NCBI RefSeq assembly: GCF_018350175.1
Contig: NC_058368.1
Location: forward strand, 235,292,001-235,356,000
Direction of reading: 5' to 3'
Length of the DNA: 64,000 nucleotides
Origin: Felis catus
Taxonomy: Eukaryota
Shown piece by piece: positions 25,401-40,400 of this stretch. The position numbers were made by a program, and so were the translations under genes. The notes beneath the pieces are model-generated. The model had not been told where the DNA came from, searched no databases, and saw only the letters and a program-made list of their open reading frames with translations. Positions within the stretch are counted from its first letter, which is position 1. Every line of letters begins with the position of its first letter.

Positions 25401-28400
25401 CCTTTTATCCAAGTCCTTTTCCTGAGTTTTTAGGACATCGCCCTGTAACCTCACTCTTCTGTGTCTGCGTTTTCTAAACTCTACACACACCCTCAGCTGT
25501 ATATATATATACGAACCCAGGCCACCAGCTTCGTTGCCATTTTGAACACGGAGAAACTGAGACATAGGACACTGAAGTAACCTTCATCACTTAGCATTTC
25601 CTACAGGAACCAACTCAGTACTGGTTGCGTGCAGCCCAAATGCTGTCACAGACGGCTCGATAAATTCCTACTGATGGATGGATGCCTGGAAAATTTCGAA
25701 TCCAGGATGAAACTATAGACATCTGGATAATTCCCGGGAAATCTCTCACCGAGGTTGAAAAGTAATGTACTTTAGAGATCAGGAATTTCAATCAGCGATC
25801 ACTCAATTATCTGCTTCCAATTAGATCAAACTGCTGTCTGCCCCCATGTGTCCTCTGAGACAATCTACTAGGGGTGCTCAACATACACGTGGCAGCTGAG
25901 CAGGGGGAAGGGCGTGTGCCAAACAGACACGGGCTGGCTCAGCCCGGGATGCGCATGTCTTCCCAGATAATATAATGGCCCCTTTTCTTTAAATTAAAAG
26001 TACTTAATGAACTGGATTTTATAAGCTCTTTAAATGAATGGAACTTCCAAGGATCAAATGATCAGTAATCATGAGTCAGAGGTAGGTGGTTTGGGGGAAA
26101 GACCTTAATGCACGAGAACAAAGATGAGAGACAAATCTGCCCTACAGACAGGAGAAACGGTCCCCCCAGAAGGAACCTGAGTCCAGGGGATTCGGCCACG
26201 TGAAAACACAGGTAAGAAACACGGAGTTCACCTCGCTGTCAAAGGTAACAGCCCCCAGCACTCAGGGAAGCATGAGGGAGGCAGCTGGGGGCCTGCGGGG
26301 GAGGTGACCGAGTAGCCCCCCAGGGTTCCCTCAAGTCTGCAGGTGCAGGCAGGCCACGGAAAACAGGAGTTGAGGCGACGCCAAAGAAAGGGTGAAAGAA
26401 AGGCCTGGCAAAAGGCTGGGTGGAAATGGACAAGCAGAGGCTACTTCGGCCTGGCCTGCAAGCGCCTGATGTGGGCAGTGCTCCCCTGGCTTCTAGGCTG
26501 AATACCAGGTGGGCCCCGGAGGGGTTCCCCAGCTCTTAGGGGCAAAGGTGGCGCTACACGGCTTTGCACTCGACCGAGTCCAGCAGCAGACAGACTTCTG
26601 TCTCCGCTCGGCCACCTTCAGCGCCGAGGGACCTCAGACGAGGGCTTGACCTCCCCTAGCCTTACGGCTGCCCTGAAATGAGCAGACTGAAGCAGGTTCT
26701 AGCACTTCTCCACATCCCCCTTGACCTAGAACAACCCAAACACTCCCCAAAATGCTCTACTACGCTACCACTCGAGCACGTTAGAAGAAACCCCACTTAC
26801 TAATCATGTACGACCACCTGCGGACAGCACTGCTCATCCCCCCATCCAACGTCAGGTAACCCCGGGCTGTTCTGACAGAAAGCGTCTTGGGTTTCCCATG
26901 GAGTGAAAATTCATTTGGGATTTTGCCAATTTGGAAATAAAAATAAAGACGACTCCTCTATTCTTTGAATGATGAGTGTGTCACTACTAGGAAAATCACG
27001 GCTCACCCGTGTGTGTGCCGACTTCCATAGCGTCAGCTTCAGAAACTGCAGGAAGGTTCTCCAATGGACCTTCCTCTCAGAAACGGCTCAAACTCCAAAT
27101 GGGACAGCTGTGCAGGGGGTCCGCGCACATCCGGCCCGGACACAACTTCTCAGAGCTCTGCAGTTCTAGAGAACAGGCCTCACCCGTCTCTGTCCCCACC
27201 CCCCGCCCCCATCGCCCAGCGCCACGGCTTCAGCGCCCACAGACGACCAGAGCTGGCCAAGCTGAGCCGCCCTCTCTGGCACCGGCCTCTGCCCGCCGGC
27301 CCTCCCCCCACCCGCCTCGGGCAGGGGTGCTGCGGCGGCTACGCCGGGTGTCTGCAGACCCCGGGAGAATCCTCCAGGCCCGACCCTGCGCTCATTTTCA
27401 CCCTTACCACTTCCTAGCTATCCATCCTCCGAATGACACTCATGTGTTTATATATTATCATCTCATCCCGTAACGCTGTTAAGTACACGTCATCGTTTAC
27501 TCCTAGCTTATGTAACTTCATTACGTATGGCTTAATTATGTAAGTGTACACATATTCTTTAAGAAGCTTCTCAGGGAATCTGGACGACCGGCCAAAGGTG
27601 GAAGGCACGGACTCCGGAGAGCCAGCTTCAGGGGCGAAGCACGTGTGAGGCCGACCGTCCACCACAGGTGCACGGGGATCGCACGGAAGCCACCAGAAGC
27701 TCAGCCCTCCGCTCTCCCACGCCCGCTTCCTCTCCCGTCCCTCTCCCGTCACAACCAACAAGTGTGTAAATGGACAACCTCCTGCAACAACAGCAGCAAA
27801 AATCACACAGTATTTTGTAAGCGTGACTTCAAAAAGTTTCGTGTTCGTTTCAAAATCCAAAGATACTTTATGGAGGTTGATATATGTATTTATAGACTTA
27901 ACATCTTTTCCTAATTTTTTCTTCAAGAAGGTTTCTCGGTTTAAAATAAATCAGTTCAAACTATGAACATCTATCTGTAAGAGAAGATGCTACCGAAGGG
28001 AGAATGTGCAGACACACACACGGCCTGTCTGCCGCCCCCTGGCCCTCGTGTCCTTCCTGCTGTCGCAGACTGTCCCGGGGGCCTGCAGGGAGGGGCTCTG
28101 CAGGGCCCGTGTGGCGGCAGTGCCCACGGAGCCGCTCGCCCCCTCCACTACCCACGCCTTATTCATCTCTGCAGGTGGCTCTCTCCTTCCGCGGTCGCGG
28201 GCAATCACTCCGGGCTCGCACACTTCACTCCAAGTGTATTTTCTGTCCTTTCCAGTGAAATTAGAGTCTTCCTTGAAAGCAGGTTGCCGTCTTGAACCAT
28301 TTTACACATTTACTTAGCGCAAGGTTCTTAGGTTTGCATGTGAAGCAGATACAGAGCAGGAATACCTTCTTGCTGAGACGGTAACAAAAGCAGCCACAGA

Positions 28401-31400
28401 CAGCTCTAAGTAGAAGACTTACTTAGACAACGTAAATAATACTCTCAAACCTTCTTTTGAGCGGTACTGTCTTCAAGTTCTAAATAATTCAACTGTAGAG
28501 ATACTTGAAAGTCGCAGGAAGTACCTTCAAGGATCTGAGGGGCTACAATGCAGGTTATCAGACGAACCTTGTTTGTTGTGTGTCAGGGGGCAATGCTACA
28601 TGCTGCAGACAGAGAAGTCAGTTCCGAGTAAGGAGAGCCTTCTGAAAGGTAACAGATGTCATCACGTAAATCCCGCAGGGCTTAGAGAGCACCTCAACAG
28701 AGATGAGGCAAAGAGGAAAAAATGAGTAACACTAAGAAATCAAAATCTGTGGCAGACAGGGAGGAGCAGAACCAAAAAGCCACTGAGGTCCTCCTTATCT
28801 GAGATGCCTCATTTAAAATACGTTTACACAACGATTTTCATTCCTACATATCAGCTTGGAGGAAAACAAAGTTGGTTCCCAGTCACGGCACCACAGGACG
28901 TGACCCTGCCTAGGCAAACAGGAAAGAACCCGGGTGCCTGGCGGGGAGGCAGCTGACTTTCAGGAACCAGATGAGACCAGAGTGTCCTTTAGAGCAACTC
29001 TGTGCCCCGGCTGGCATATGGCAGTGTGTGCCTGTGCGGCTACGAACAGTACGAACTGAGAAGCACACGTTCAATCATACACAAAATATACTGGCACGAA
29101 AACTTCATCTCTGGCAGAGTGGGAAAAAACAAGAATTTGTAAGAGTAGGAGTAAGGAGAGTAAGTGAGAAAATATCTACTGTGATGGTGATAAAGTCACT
29201 CGTTATGGTCAAGTTTCCCCCAACGTGTATTATTACACCTTTATTCCCCTACCAAGATACGATCAATAACAAGAAAAGGCTTAATAAAACAGACAACTCA
29301 CCAATCAGCCTCAGAATTGATGCTATAATAATGTCGGGAGTATATGCAATGTTTGCATGTCCTTTTCGGTATTTTATCCACTTATCCATGACGGGCCACA
29401 GCTCTTTACTACAAAACAGTAACAGCACGCGTGCGTGTTCATGTGCATGTGCAGGAAAAGAACATATGTGTGTCACCGCTCAGATATCAACAACTTGAAA
29501 CTGGCCCATAAAAGACAGACAATTAGTCAAGAAAAGGGACTTCTTAAAAAAAATTTCATTTGTTTATTTATAAAAACGGGCTCCATGCCCAACGTGGGGC
29601 TCGAACTGACAACCCTGAGATCATGAGGCACACACTCTACCAAGTGAGCCAGCCAGGCGCCCGAGAAGAGGGACTTCTGAAGATGTAACTTTTTAGGTTA
29701 AAATGAGGACAGTCACGGGAGGCTCACACACTCTCCAACTATTCGGGGCGTCTCTGCCCACACTGGCTTCAAAGAGGCTACAAAGAGCTATGTTTGCATC
29801 TTGAGTCTGTTTCCGCCCTTTTCCCAAGGCTTTGAGTGGAGAAGCTGAACAAGGTCTCCAGGTCCCAGAACTGGCGTGGGTGGGGGTCTGGATTTTCACT
29901 GGGACCCTCCAGACGTGCACGTGGCCTGTTTCCCAGAAGCCTAGCGTGTCCTCGGAGGAGCACGGAGCTCAAGAAAACCACACTTTCGAAACTTTCTACT
30001 GACTGAAACACTGCCAATTCCTCTTTGCCTTCTCTCCTTCCAAAACCCGATTTCCTTCGTACATAGCATTTGTAGTATTCGAAAAGCTGAGTGACAACAC
30101 ACAGGAGAATAATGTAACTTAAAAGTGCCCCAAATAGCACATTTGCAGAGAATGTTACTCCACTAACTCCGGATTTTTCTTTCCACATGCTTCTCCACGT
30201 GCATGTACGTAAAAACCTGGGGAGGTGACCACAGCCCTTAGGGCTCTGGGACTGGAGTTGCTCAGGCAGAGATCCCGGCCTTCCACACCCTCACGCCCAG
30301 CAGGGGGCACTGGCCAAAGGACCTCTGGTGAGAACCACTTCCAGTGGTCTCATCGGTCACCCTGCCCACTGGGCTCCCACCAAGAGCCAGGGGATGAGGC
30401 CCACAGGAGGCCCGTGTGCCTTTCCTGACAGCACTGGGCAGACGGCTGTCACTTCCTTACTTGTCAGCAAAGGACTGTGAGATGCCGTCATGTCACTACC
30501 CGAGCATCCGTTTGTAGCTGTGTATTTTAACACAGCCGTACCTCGTTATACAGAAGTACCATCGTTCAATTCCCTACTGTTTCACATTTAGGAGTATAAT
30601 CTTTCCCTAGTGTTAAGGAGAAAAAAGGAGAGTACGCTTTCCCACAGAATACATTCAAGTATCTCCAGGATATGGACTATCAATCCTTTGTGAATCCTTT
30701 TTCGGGTCATAAACTCCTTTAAACCAGCCTTTCTGGGGCGCCTGGGTGGCTCAGTTGGTTGAAGTGTCCAATTCTTGATTTTGGCTCGGGTCATGATCTC
30801 ACGGTTCGTGGGAACAAGCCCTGCATTGGGCTCTGCGCCGACAGGACAGAGTCTGCTTGGGGTTCTCCCTCTCCTTCGGGCCCTCCCCGCCCCCACACAA
30901 CCCCCCTATGCACGCACACGCACACACGCGCACACGCACACACTTACTCTCTCAAAAATAAATCACCTCAAATAGATAAATTAATTAATTAAATAAAATC
31001 AAAAGACCCCCCAAACCCTTAGCCTTTCTAAGTCAGGTCCCCAGACAATTAAGATCTAATAAGAACAATTGTTTGAGCAGCTATTTTCTCCTTCCCCCCA
31101 CCTCCCGGTCTCCCAATGATGGCACGCTGCCAGTGCCAGAATTCTCCAAGCCCAGAGAAAGGCCGATTCGTTACATAAAACAGATGCCTGGGACTCCGTT
31201 CTCTCCTGAAAGGCCAGGTGAGGAGAGCCGCTAATCTGGACTCTCACTCTGCCTGTTCGCGTGCGTTTCCCCAAGTATTTGAAGGTTAAGATACGATCGT
31301 CACACTTCATCCTACGCTACTGGCTGAGCACTTCCCTCGGTGGACACTGCTCCGCATGCCGGCTTATGCCAGCGAGCCCACACCCCTCCTCCAGGAGATT

Positions 31401-34400
31401 CCTTTCCCCTTGGGACAGAGGTGGTAATAAAACAATCTAGGGGAAGAAGTCACAGGCACCACAAAAAAACAACGCAAAGAGATGTGACGATAACACGAGT
31501 CCTTCAAGGGTCGTTTTACCAACTCTGACCCAAATCCAAATGTCACTTGTACATGTTTCCGCTGCCTTCAACAGCAAAATCTGCTCCAACCGACTTCAGC
31601 AGCCATTCAACAGACTACCTTCCGATCCAACACCCCAGCTCTGAGTCAGTGAAACGGCCGTACCTTATAATGTTGTCGTGTGTCCAAATCCACTTCTGGT
31701 GGCAGCACAGCAGGTCAATGGCAAATATGTACTCCCAAGTGTTATCACTCAAATCCTCACCAAACTTTTCACTGGACTGGAATTCTGTTTTTGGACACAG
31801 CTGTATGGTCAAAAGCAGCTTAGAAACCATGAAACCCACATCCACAGGAGCATTCTAGCAAACGAGAAAGGAAAAAAACAAAATACAATTTAGACTTTCA
31901 AATACAGCACCTTTCATTTGTAATCTCGAGTGTAACAAGCATCCCATGAGTAATCATTTAATTTTAAGACACCTTTTGAAAGCTGTATTGGAATAAGGAA
32001 CTACGTTTATCTTAGTCATAATGCTTGTCCTAAGCTGATTATAAACCGGTGGTGGGTAGGCCACAAAAAAAGCTCCGGGCAGGATGCAGAATCCAGTCAG
32101 GTAGAAAACAGAGCAGCTGCAATCCAGATAGAAATGCAAATTGTCATTACCTCAAAGCAAAGAATTAAAAAGTTGTAATAAAAAAATTTTTTTAACTTCA
32201 AAAAAGTCCTTTAAATTCTAACATCTTCCTGACCCTAGATATCAGTCTTGTTACAGAAACTGATAAAATTTAGTTAGCCAGTACTGGACTCCTTGGCCTG
32301 GCTTCATTGACACCTGCGCGCATTTGTTGGTATTTAGCCACGTCCTTGTACCTATTGGCGGTCTGAACGCTCCTTGCTGCTGAATAGTTCTCCATTACAT
32401 GACGGACCAGTGTGCTTATCCACTCACCTACTGACAGGCTTCGGGGCTGTTCCGGCCTCAGGCGATGCGCGAGAATGCTGCTGTGAACACACATGTACCA
32501 GTCTTCGCGTGGACGTTAATTCGACTTCTTGGATAAATACCTAACAGTGGACTTACAACTTTTTCTTTCTCGTCCTATTTTCCATTGGGTTTTGTTATCA
32601 ACGGTAAATAGGAAGCTTTCAATCTTTTCTTATACTTGCAAACGACTAGAATAACTTGGTTCTTTATAAGGTGAAGCAAAATTCAGGTGGAGCCTATGCG
32701 TGCTTTTTATGTTTTACATCAACTTTTCCACCTATTCTATAAACGTTAGCTGAAAACAGCTGTTTCTTCAAGTGTTCTGCCCCAAAACCAAACCTGATAC
32801 TGTTTATTTTGTTAGAAACCATCCTTGGCTTCCAAATCTGCCGCCATAGTTGTGGCTAGTGGTCTTCTCGTACTCTTTACCCTACGACCGTAGTTCGATT
32901 TTCTTTCTCGTTTTGAAATCTTCAATATTTTCCCTTTTCTCTTTTTTCATTAGTCTGACCTGAGAGCTATCTGTTTTGTTACTATTTTTTAAAGGCAATG
33001 TGTTTTTCTTCTATGTGTTTTCTTTTTGTTCACTGCTTCCTACCTTTTAAGCTATATTCTTTTTTTTTCAGATTGCTTCTCAGATTTTTAGTTTTTAAAA
33101 TAATTATCAGCCACTTTATCAGCTTAATAATGAAAACACTTAAACTATGTTAGCGAGTCTAAGTTTTCCTAAAACTAGAGACCCTTGGTATGAAGGGTTT
33201 TCCTTTTCAATGACTTGCGAAACACTGATCTTACTTTTGAGTTCCTTATTCCCCAATTGTCCAGGATCATATATGCCAACTTTCAAGATGAGCGGGGGAG
33301 GGCACAGAGAAGGAGACCCAGAATCGATCGGAAGCAGGCTCCAGGCTCCGAGCTGTCAGCACACAGCCCGGCGTGAGGCTGGAACTCACAGACGGCGAGA
33401 TCATGACCTGAGCCGAAGTCAGATGCTTAACCTACTGAACCACCCAGGTGCCCCGGGAATCTTTACTTTTTAAGAATTAAGGTTTTCACGTAACCAAATT
33501 CATGATGGGTTTGTACATGTGCTATAGGCAAACAGAAAAATAATATTCTTCATTCAAGTTTACTTTACATATTAATGAATTCCAGTGCGTCTACTCTTTT
33601 TTGTCTCTCTGAGAGAGAAAATCTGCAAGTCTTGTACTATAATGGCATTCTTCCCCCAGGTATTACTCGTTTTTGTATACCTTGGACTTGCTATTTTTGA
33701 TATATGGCAAACACATTTCTTAAAATTCTGCTTTTTTCATAAAGAATGTCTTTTATCATCAAATCACCCGTATCTGGTTTCATCCTGAACAGGCCAGAGG
33801 AGCAGGCTCCAGTGCACAAGCAGGGGGACCAGGCAGAGGCACGTGGCCCCGCAGGGGACCTGGGGGTGGGGGTGTGATGGTGGCCATCGCGGTCAATGGC
33901 AGGAGACGGAAGGGCCCTTCTGACTCAGTGACTGATGGGAATCTGATGATGCCTCCCAGGACTACACTCTGCTTTGTCTAGACAAGTTGCTAAACAGATG
34001 ATACCAGACTTGCTTTTAAATGTTTCCTTAACTTGTATCCACCAGTAGCCCTTTCCTGTACTTTTCATAAGAAAATAGAAGTCTAACGAATATTAATATG
34101 AAAAAGTACCAAAAAGGAAAGCAAAACGGCATATAAAATTCCAGTACGTGCATGAGCCAGGATAATATTAAGAGGATATTAATACACAGTCATTTAAAAA
34201 CAAACCAAAGTCAACCCGTCACTGAATTCGACATCTCTTTGCGTTTCCCGCTGGCAATTCAACATCCAGATTCTCATTCGATAAAAGCTATACATAAAGG
34301 AATACCAATCTAGATGCCGTATTAGCACTCAGTTACCAAATAAACGCACAGGAACAAAGTACTTAAATAAATAAAAATCCCATCAACCACAAAGAAAAAG

Positions 34401-37400
34401 AGAGTACAGATTGAAAAAAATCAAAACGAGGAGTTGAAATTTTTCACCTCACCATTTTTTTTTTGCCTCTCCAAGTGCCTACTGCAGACGGCCCCTCTGG
34501 GCCCTGCACACATACACGTGGACTTCATCAGCGGTAAACCAGCGGACAGAAGAAACTTTTGTTAAATCAACACAACACGTAAGTCTACACTTCTTCCCAA
34601 GCTGGCCCGTGCACATTTCCCGAACTAAACGCATAAGCTTGGGCTAAAATGGTATTTTAAAGGATCTCATACAAAGAGGAATGTCTCTGAAATGCTGATG
34701 AACGAGTACGACCCGAGTGAGTACATTCACGTAAGATCTACGAGCACGGTTATGACAATAAGTAAAAGCCAGCCTCACCTTTTCCCAGTTGAGGAACGCT
34801 CTCAGACAGTTCCGAACCTCTCCTTTCGCACGCTGCCTGGCAACCAGCTGCATTGCTTTATTAATCACCGACTGGGAAATAAATATATCATGCCACATGT
34901 TTGCAATGAACAAAGTCAATTTTTCTGATTCCGGAAAATCTATGAGAAAGACAGACAGACAATAAACCTTTACGTCTGATCAAATGAATAAATTACAAGC
35001 TAAGAACAAATTTTAATAACTGTGCTTGTGCCTCGCAAGGCCTCCGAACAGCGAAGGGAGGGAGCCCGAAGAGGCCCCGGCCGCAGTTATTTCAAAATCT
35101 GCTTCCTTCTCCCGCAAACCCTTCGCTCTGGCAAACCTTCCTTAATTACATCTGAACCATGACAGCTCAGAAACACCACTGAATTATGAAAAGAGCCATG
35201 GAATCCAAAACACGAAGCCAAGGCAAACCGCTCTCTCCAGATTCTCCAACCCTAGAACCTTCCCGTTTGTTAAGTGTCATTTCAGGCCAGTTTTTATGCA
35301 TCTGTAAGAAAGAGCTCACCGGTACAACACTTTTGTAAAAGGCTTTCGACTTGGAGAGATGTTTTTATACACTGCGGAGGATGATCTTCTATCGTGAATG
35401 CTCTTGCCCACGTCTGGCTTTGTTTAATCAACCTAAGCCACGTACAGCTCACACACAACAAAATGCACCCTTTTCAAGCAGACGGTTTGGTGAATGAATG
35501 GATCTGCGTGGCCCCCACCGCAATCAATTTAAGAACATTTCCGTCACCCCAAATTCCCATGGTCTGACCCTCTCCAGTGCGTCACTTAGCCCCAGATACG
35601 GACAACTCTGATCCGCTGTCACTTTCAATGAGTTGCTTTTTCTCAAATATGTACGAACGGGTTCGGACAGCACGCACTCCTTTCCGTCCGGCTCCCTGAC
35701 TCCACAGAATGCTTCTGCGGTTCACCCGTGTTGCCACGCACATCAGTGGTCCCTCGCTTTGCGTGGCCAAACAGTGGTCAACTGCCTGATGTAGCACACT
35801 CGTTCTTTCACCTGCTGAGGGATGTGGGCTTCCAGCCACGGGCCACTGCAGACGGAGATGCTACGAACAACCGCGAGCCAGTCCAGTGAGCATATGTCTC
35901 TACTTCTGTTAGGTAAGGACCTACGAGTGGGATTCCTGAGTCACTTGGTAAGCGAGTATTTGAATTTTATAAGAAACTGCCAGTGTTTTGCAACGTGGCT
36001 GAGCCAGCCAACACAGACTTTTACCCTGTTGGGCAGGAAGCGCATCTCTTCCGTTTCCTGTTCTATCTCATCTAACGCTGCAACGTGTTGAAAGAGCAGA
36101 CGACCAAAGCATAAACTCACTGCACTCTCTTGATCTGTTCTCTCTGAAATCTTGGGTCCTGCCCCAGGACCTCTGCACATGCCGCTTCCTCTGCCTGGCG
36201 TTCTCTCCCTCGCTTTTCTTGGATACACTGCCTGGCATCTTGCCACCTCAGGCTCAAAGGTCACTCTGACAAGAAGAGCTTCTCTGACCCCACGGACACT
36301 CACAAATCCTCCCTCCACAGCACTATTCGTTCACTCATTCAACAGATACTCCGTGACTGTGGACAGTGCATTGTTCTGGGGTCGGAATAAGTGGGGACGA
36401 GACGAAGTTCCTCCTTTACAGAGCATGCAATCTAGTGGAGGAGGAAGACAAACAGATTCAGACGCAATGGAAGCGGGGGTGAGGGCCATGAAGAAAACGC
36501 CAGGAGAAAGACCACAGGAGTCCGTGTGGGAGGTGCCACGTGAGCCCCAAGAAAGCTAAAGGGAAAGCTTCCGGGGAGAAAACTGTGCCCACGAGCCTGA
36601 GGGGCGCGGGCTGAACCCCGGAGGGGGCTCAGCAGAGCGCACGCAGCTCGCCTCTCTCCTGCCCACCACTGACGACACCCTACGCGAGCCGGGGTCACGT
36701 TGGCTTGTGCGCACCTGGGTCGGGCTGTGGCCACCACCCAAGCCCGAGGCCTGGCACGCACCCCGTTACCACTGCTGAGGAAAGCAGGGCCTGAGAGAGT
36801 AAACGAGGCGAGGGAGAGGGCGACACACAGCAGCCTCACTCGCAGCCCCCCAGGCAGTGGACATGTCCCGTCACCCAATGCACATGCCCCCCCCCCCCCC
36901 CCGTAAGATTAAAACATTAAAGGTTAAAAATCTTCATGATCCAGGTCAGACTTTCTGGGCTGCAGTCAAATCGCATTTATGCGCCGTGTCACCGTTCACA
37001 AACATTGCCACCGATGACGTGTGATCAGGAAGGAGGCTTCCGTGCTGACCCGTCCGTGGGGACAGAGGGAGCGGAGGGGCAAGGGGGGCCCAGGGGAGCC
37101 CTCCTAGGATTCCACATCTCTGGTCCTCGTCTCGTGGGCTTTACGGCTCCATTTCAGACGCTGCCTCTTCCAGCCAGCGACACGGCAGCACGCTGTGACA
37201 CCGACCTTATAAAAGCATCCTCCCGTCTCGGGTGGCCCACACCTGACTCTCGAGTGGCTACACTAAGAACAGACAGGCACACGTCATGACGACACTCTAT
37301 GCACAAGCGGGAACGCGCGTGCTGCTACGAGCAGGTAAGCCACGGAAACTGCCCCCCGGGCAACGAGGCACGGCTTCGCCCGGCCAAGGTTCTTCACGGC

Positions 37401-40400
37401 CTCGGGGAAACGCACCAACGTCTTGCGTATTTGCAAAGATACAAGCGATCCCTCGGCTGCAAGGACAGACCAAGTGTCATGGGGTAAGTACACAGATGTC
37501 AACACAAAACGACCACCGTGTGAACGCACCTTCCTTCAGTAGGCTGTAGCAAAACAGGCGGGCTCGCTCCAAGTCTCCCAGCTGCCGGCATATGCCCACG
37601 TACACCCTGCAGAGGGCGTGAATGTAATTGCGCTCCAGGGAGATCTTCTGAATCTTCAGCTCTGAGAGGATGGAGTGAAGCAAGCACTCTGCTAGATGCT
37701 GGGTCGAAACACAAAGAGAAAACACAACGTATACTGACATTTCTTCTGCTTACTAAACAACGGCTACAACTTACAAATGAAGTCTGTCGGGACCACACAA
37801 CGTGCCCCGGAGCAGCAAGCAGAGAGCGATGGCTGCGGAGGACAACCCGCCTCGCTCGGCCCAGTGAGCCACGCGGCGCGGGGGTCAGGGGCCGCGGCCG
37901 CGGGCTGCCTGCAGGTGCCACGGGCCGCGCCCGAGCACGCCTGGGTCCCTGAAGCCGCCACCTCCCCACCAAAGTACACTTCCTTGCTTTTCGCTAAAGT
38001 AACTCTCTGATCTACTCCAGTTCCTGTTTTCTGAACTCCTTTAGATCTTAAAAACACCGGGCAACGTTTGTCTCACTTTGGAAGAAGGGCGTTAAATGAT
38101 TTGGTCCGTGTGTTCGTTTCAAACGAACCTTCCAAAGTCACCCGTACTGCTCTTGCGCTTTCTGAAAGTACGCGACCCAGGAAAACCAAGTGTGCGTTTC
38201 CACCACTCCACTGCGAGGAGGTGCGGGTAAGCAACACAGCAGGGGCACCGGAAGTAATCCGCACAGGGTGTCGACATGGGCACTCAGAAGACACAGCCCT
38301 GTGAAGGCCCCACTAAACCACCTGTCGGTCTACACGACACTCCCATTTCTGTTCTCCCCATCTGGAAGCCAGCACGTGGTCCTGCTTCGTGCGTGACGTA
38401 CCTCAAGGGAGGGACGGGAAACCCCGCGCTATCTTTGCGAGAGACGCTCGCTCTCGGGTGTGTATATGGTGCAATTCATGGAAAAGAAAGGCTCCACTAC
38501 AGGAGACAAATCTGCTGCTTTGACACACATCATTTTGAGCCTTTCAACAGGCCAGGATCGACGGCAAATGTGCAACTGTGGTCCTGACAGACACGTTTTT
38601 CCTTCCAAATTATCAGGTGTTTGATAAATACAAGTGATCAAATCTCCACTGCCTTACCACATCCCGCGTGTGTAAAATGCTGACTAGAAACCAAGTATGG
38701 GTCACAATGTGGACACGGGCAACTGTCCACCTCTGGAATAAAAGTCCTGTTCAGGGCCATCTACCACCGGGCTGCGAGCAGACAGCGTCTCCGAGCACAT
38801 GCAGTTCCTGACGCTCGTACAGAAAAGTTCCACATACCTTTTTGGTTGTGCTGAATTCGTGAACAACTTCCTTCTCTTGATCTCTCATTACGGGCTTTTT
38901 GGAGATATTTCCCACATACACGTGACTCCGAATGACAGGCAGGAGATCAAAAGACGACTCTGCAATCTTCTTCAGCGCGTCAGCTATGGCTTTGTCGTGG
39001 GACTCTACGGTTTCTTTCGGGTTTGGAGGCAACTGTGAGGCTGTACTGACGGTCGGAAGAGCACTTCTCTCCTCCTCTGTCGCCACGCCTTCAGCCTGAG
39101 GGAGGCTCCTCCGGAGGGTCTTGTGGACTCCTTCTGCGGCAGTGCTCCCGGGTTCTGGTTCTGGGGACCCGCTGTCCAGCCGCAGTCTCTTAGCGCTCCT
39201 CAGCGTAGATGCAGACAACGTCCTTTTCCCACCTGAGTCCTGGTGAGTCCCCGTATCTTTGGACTTATCCTGACTGCAGTCACTCCCAGAGCTGCCCCCC
39301 GTTTTCACAAAGGCGGTTGACGTTGACGTGATTGCTTTGAATCCTGTGATGGCGCCGACGGGCCCTGATAAGTTCTTACAGTCAGCAGGTGGGCCCCGGG
39401 AGAGCTGAATGTTCCCTTTGAGGATGTTGAGGGTGCGGGCCCTGGCAGACAACTCCGGGTACATGCTGTCGAGGATTTTGACGGAATTCTCCTGGGGTCC
39501 GGCCACAGCTGCGTGGGCGGCAGCAAAGGGGGGGAGGCGGCCCGGCACAGGGAGGGCATGCTTCGGCGTCGCAGCACAGAACTGCAGGGGAGACGACAGG
39601 ATCCTCTCGCCGGCTGCTGCGGTGGACGGGGACGGGGACGTGTGCGGGGGCGAGGGGCATCCGGGCTCTTCCGGCAAAGGAGACATCGCAGGAGGCACCG
39701 GGATTTCACACAAGGGAGAAATGGGGCCGATGGGAGAGGCGGGGGAGGAGGGAGTGGAAGCGGCTATCAGAGGAGACACCGGCCGGGAAGTCCGTGGGGG
39801 GGTGGCAACCAAGGGAGCAAGCAAGGGTGGCAGAGGGGGCCCCACCTCCTGCCGTATTTTACTCAGGGTGTCAGAACAGTCCGTGGGGGTCGACGTGTCC
39901 GCATTGGCTAGGATGGTCTGAGTTTGATTTCTCTGGGTTTTTGTGTTCTCTCTTTCCCCTAAAAATGACTGGGAGCCTTCACTCTGATTAGCTTCAACTC
40001 TGCTTGACGCCGAGGTCTTTGCTGGCTTGTTTGACTGATCTTTGTTGGCCACCTTGGATCGATTCTTATTCTTGCCAAACGGCTCCAGTTTTGAGTTAAA
40101 ATACGTGTGATCGGACGCAACTACCTGAGACTCGAAGTTCTGGTCGTAGATTTCGGAGCTAAGCCTCACACTAGGTTTGACCGGCCTGTTGCGCAAGCGA
40201 CTTTTATCGAAGTTGGTGCTCTGACTACTGCTGGAGATTTCTTCCTGGGCACCCGGGAGGCTGCCGCCCTGGGGCTCCGGAAACGCAAGGCCAGGGTGAC
40301 CGGTCTCTGGAGACTTGTCCACAGCAGTGACGGAGATGAAACCGGCTCCCGGGCCTCCCGGCTCCGGGGAGACAGCGATGTCCTCGGGAGTGTCGCACAG

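Noticed and set aside
27414..27926. 170-aa intronic ORF on the ICE1 strand
   Set aside because: Not needed for the ICE1 frame, non-ATG start, no recognisable similarity.
29778..30188. Intronic ATG-initiated 136-aa ORF with a hydrophobic segment followed by RRK
   Set aside because: No homology recognised, no promoter or splice support; such ORFs arise by chance in T-rich introns.
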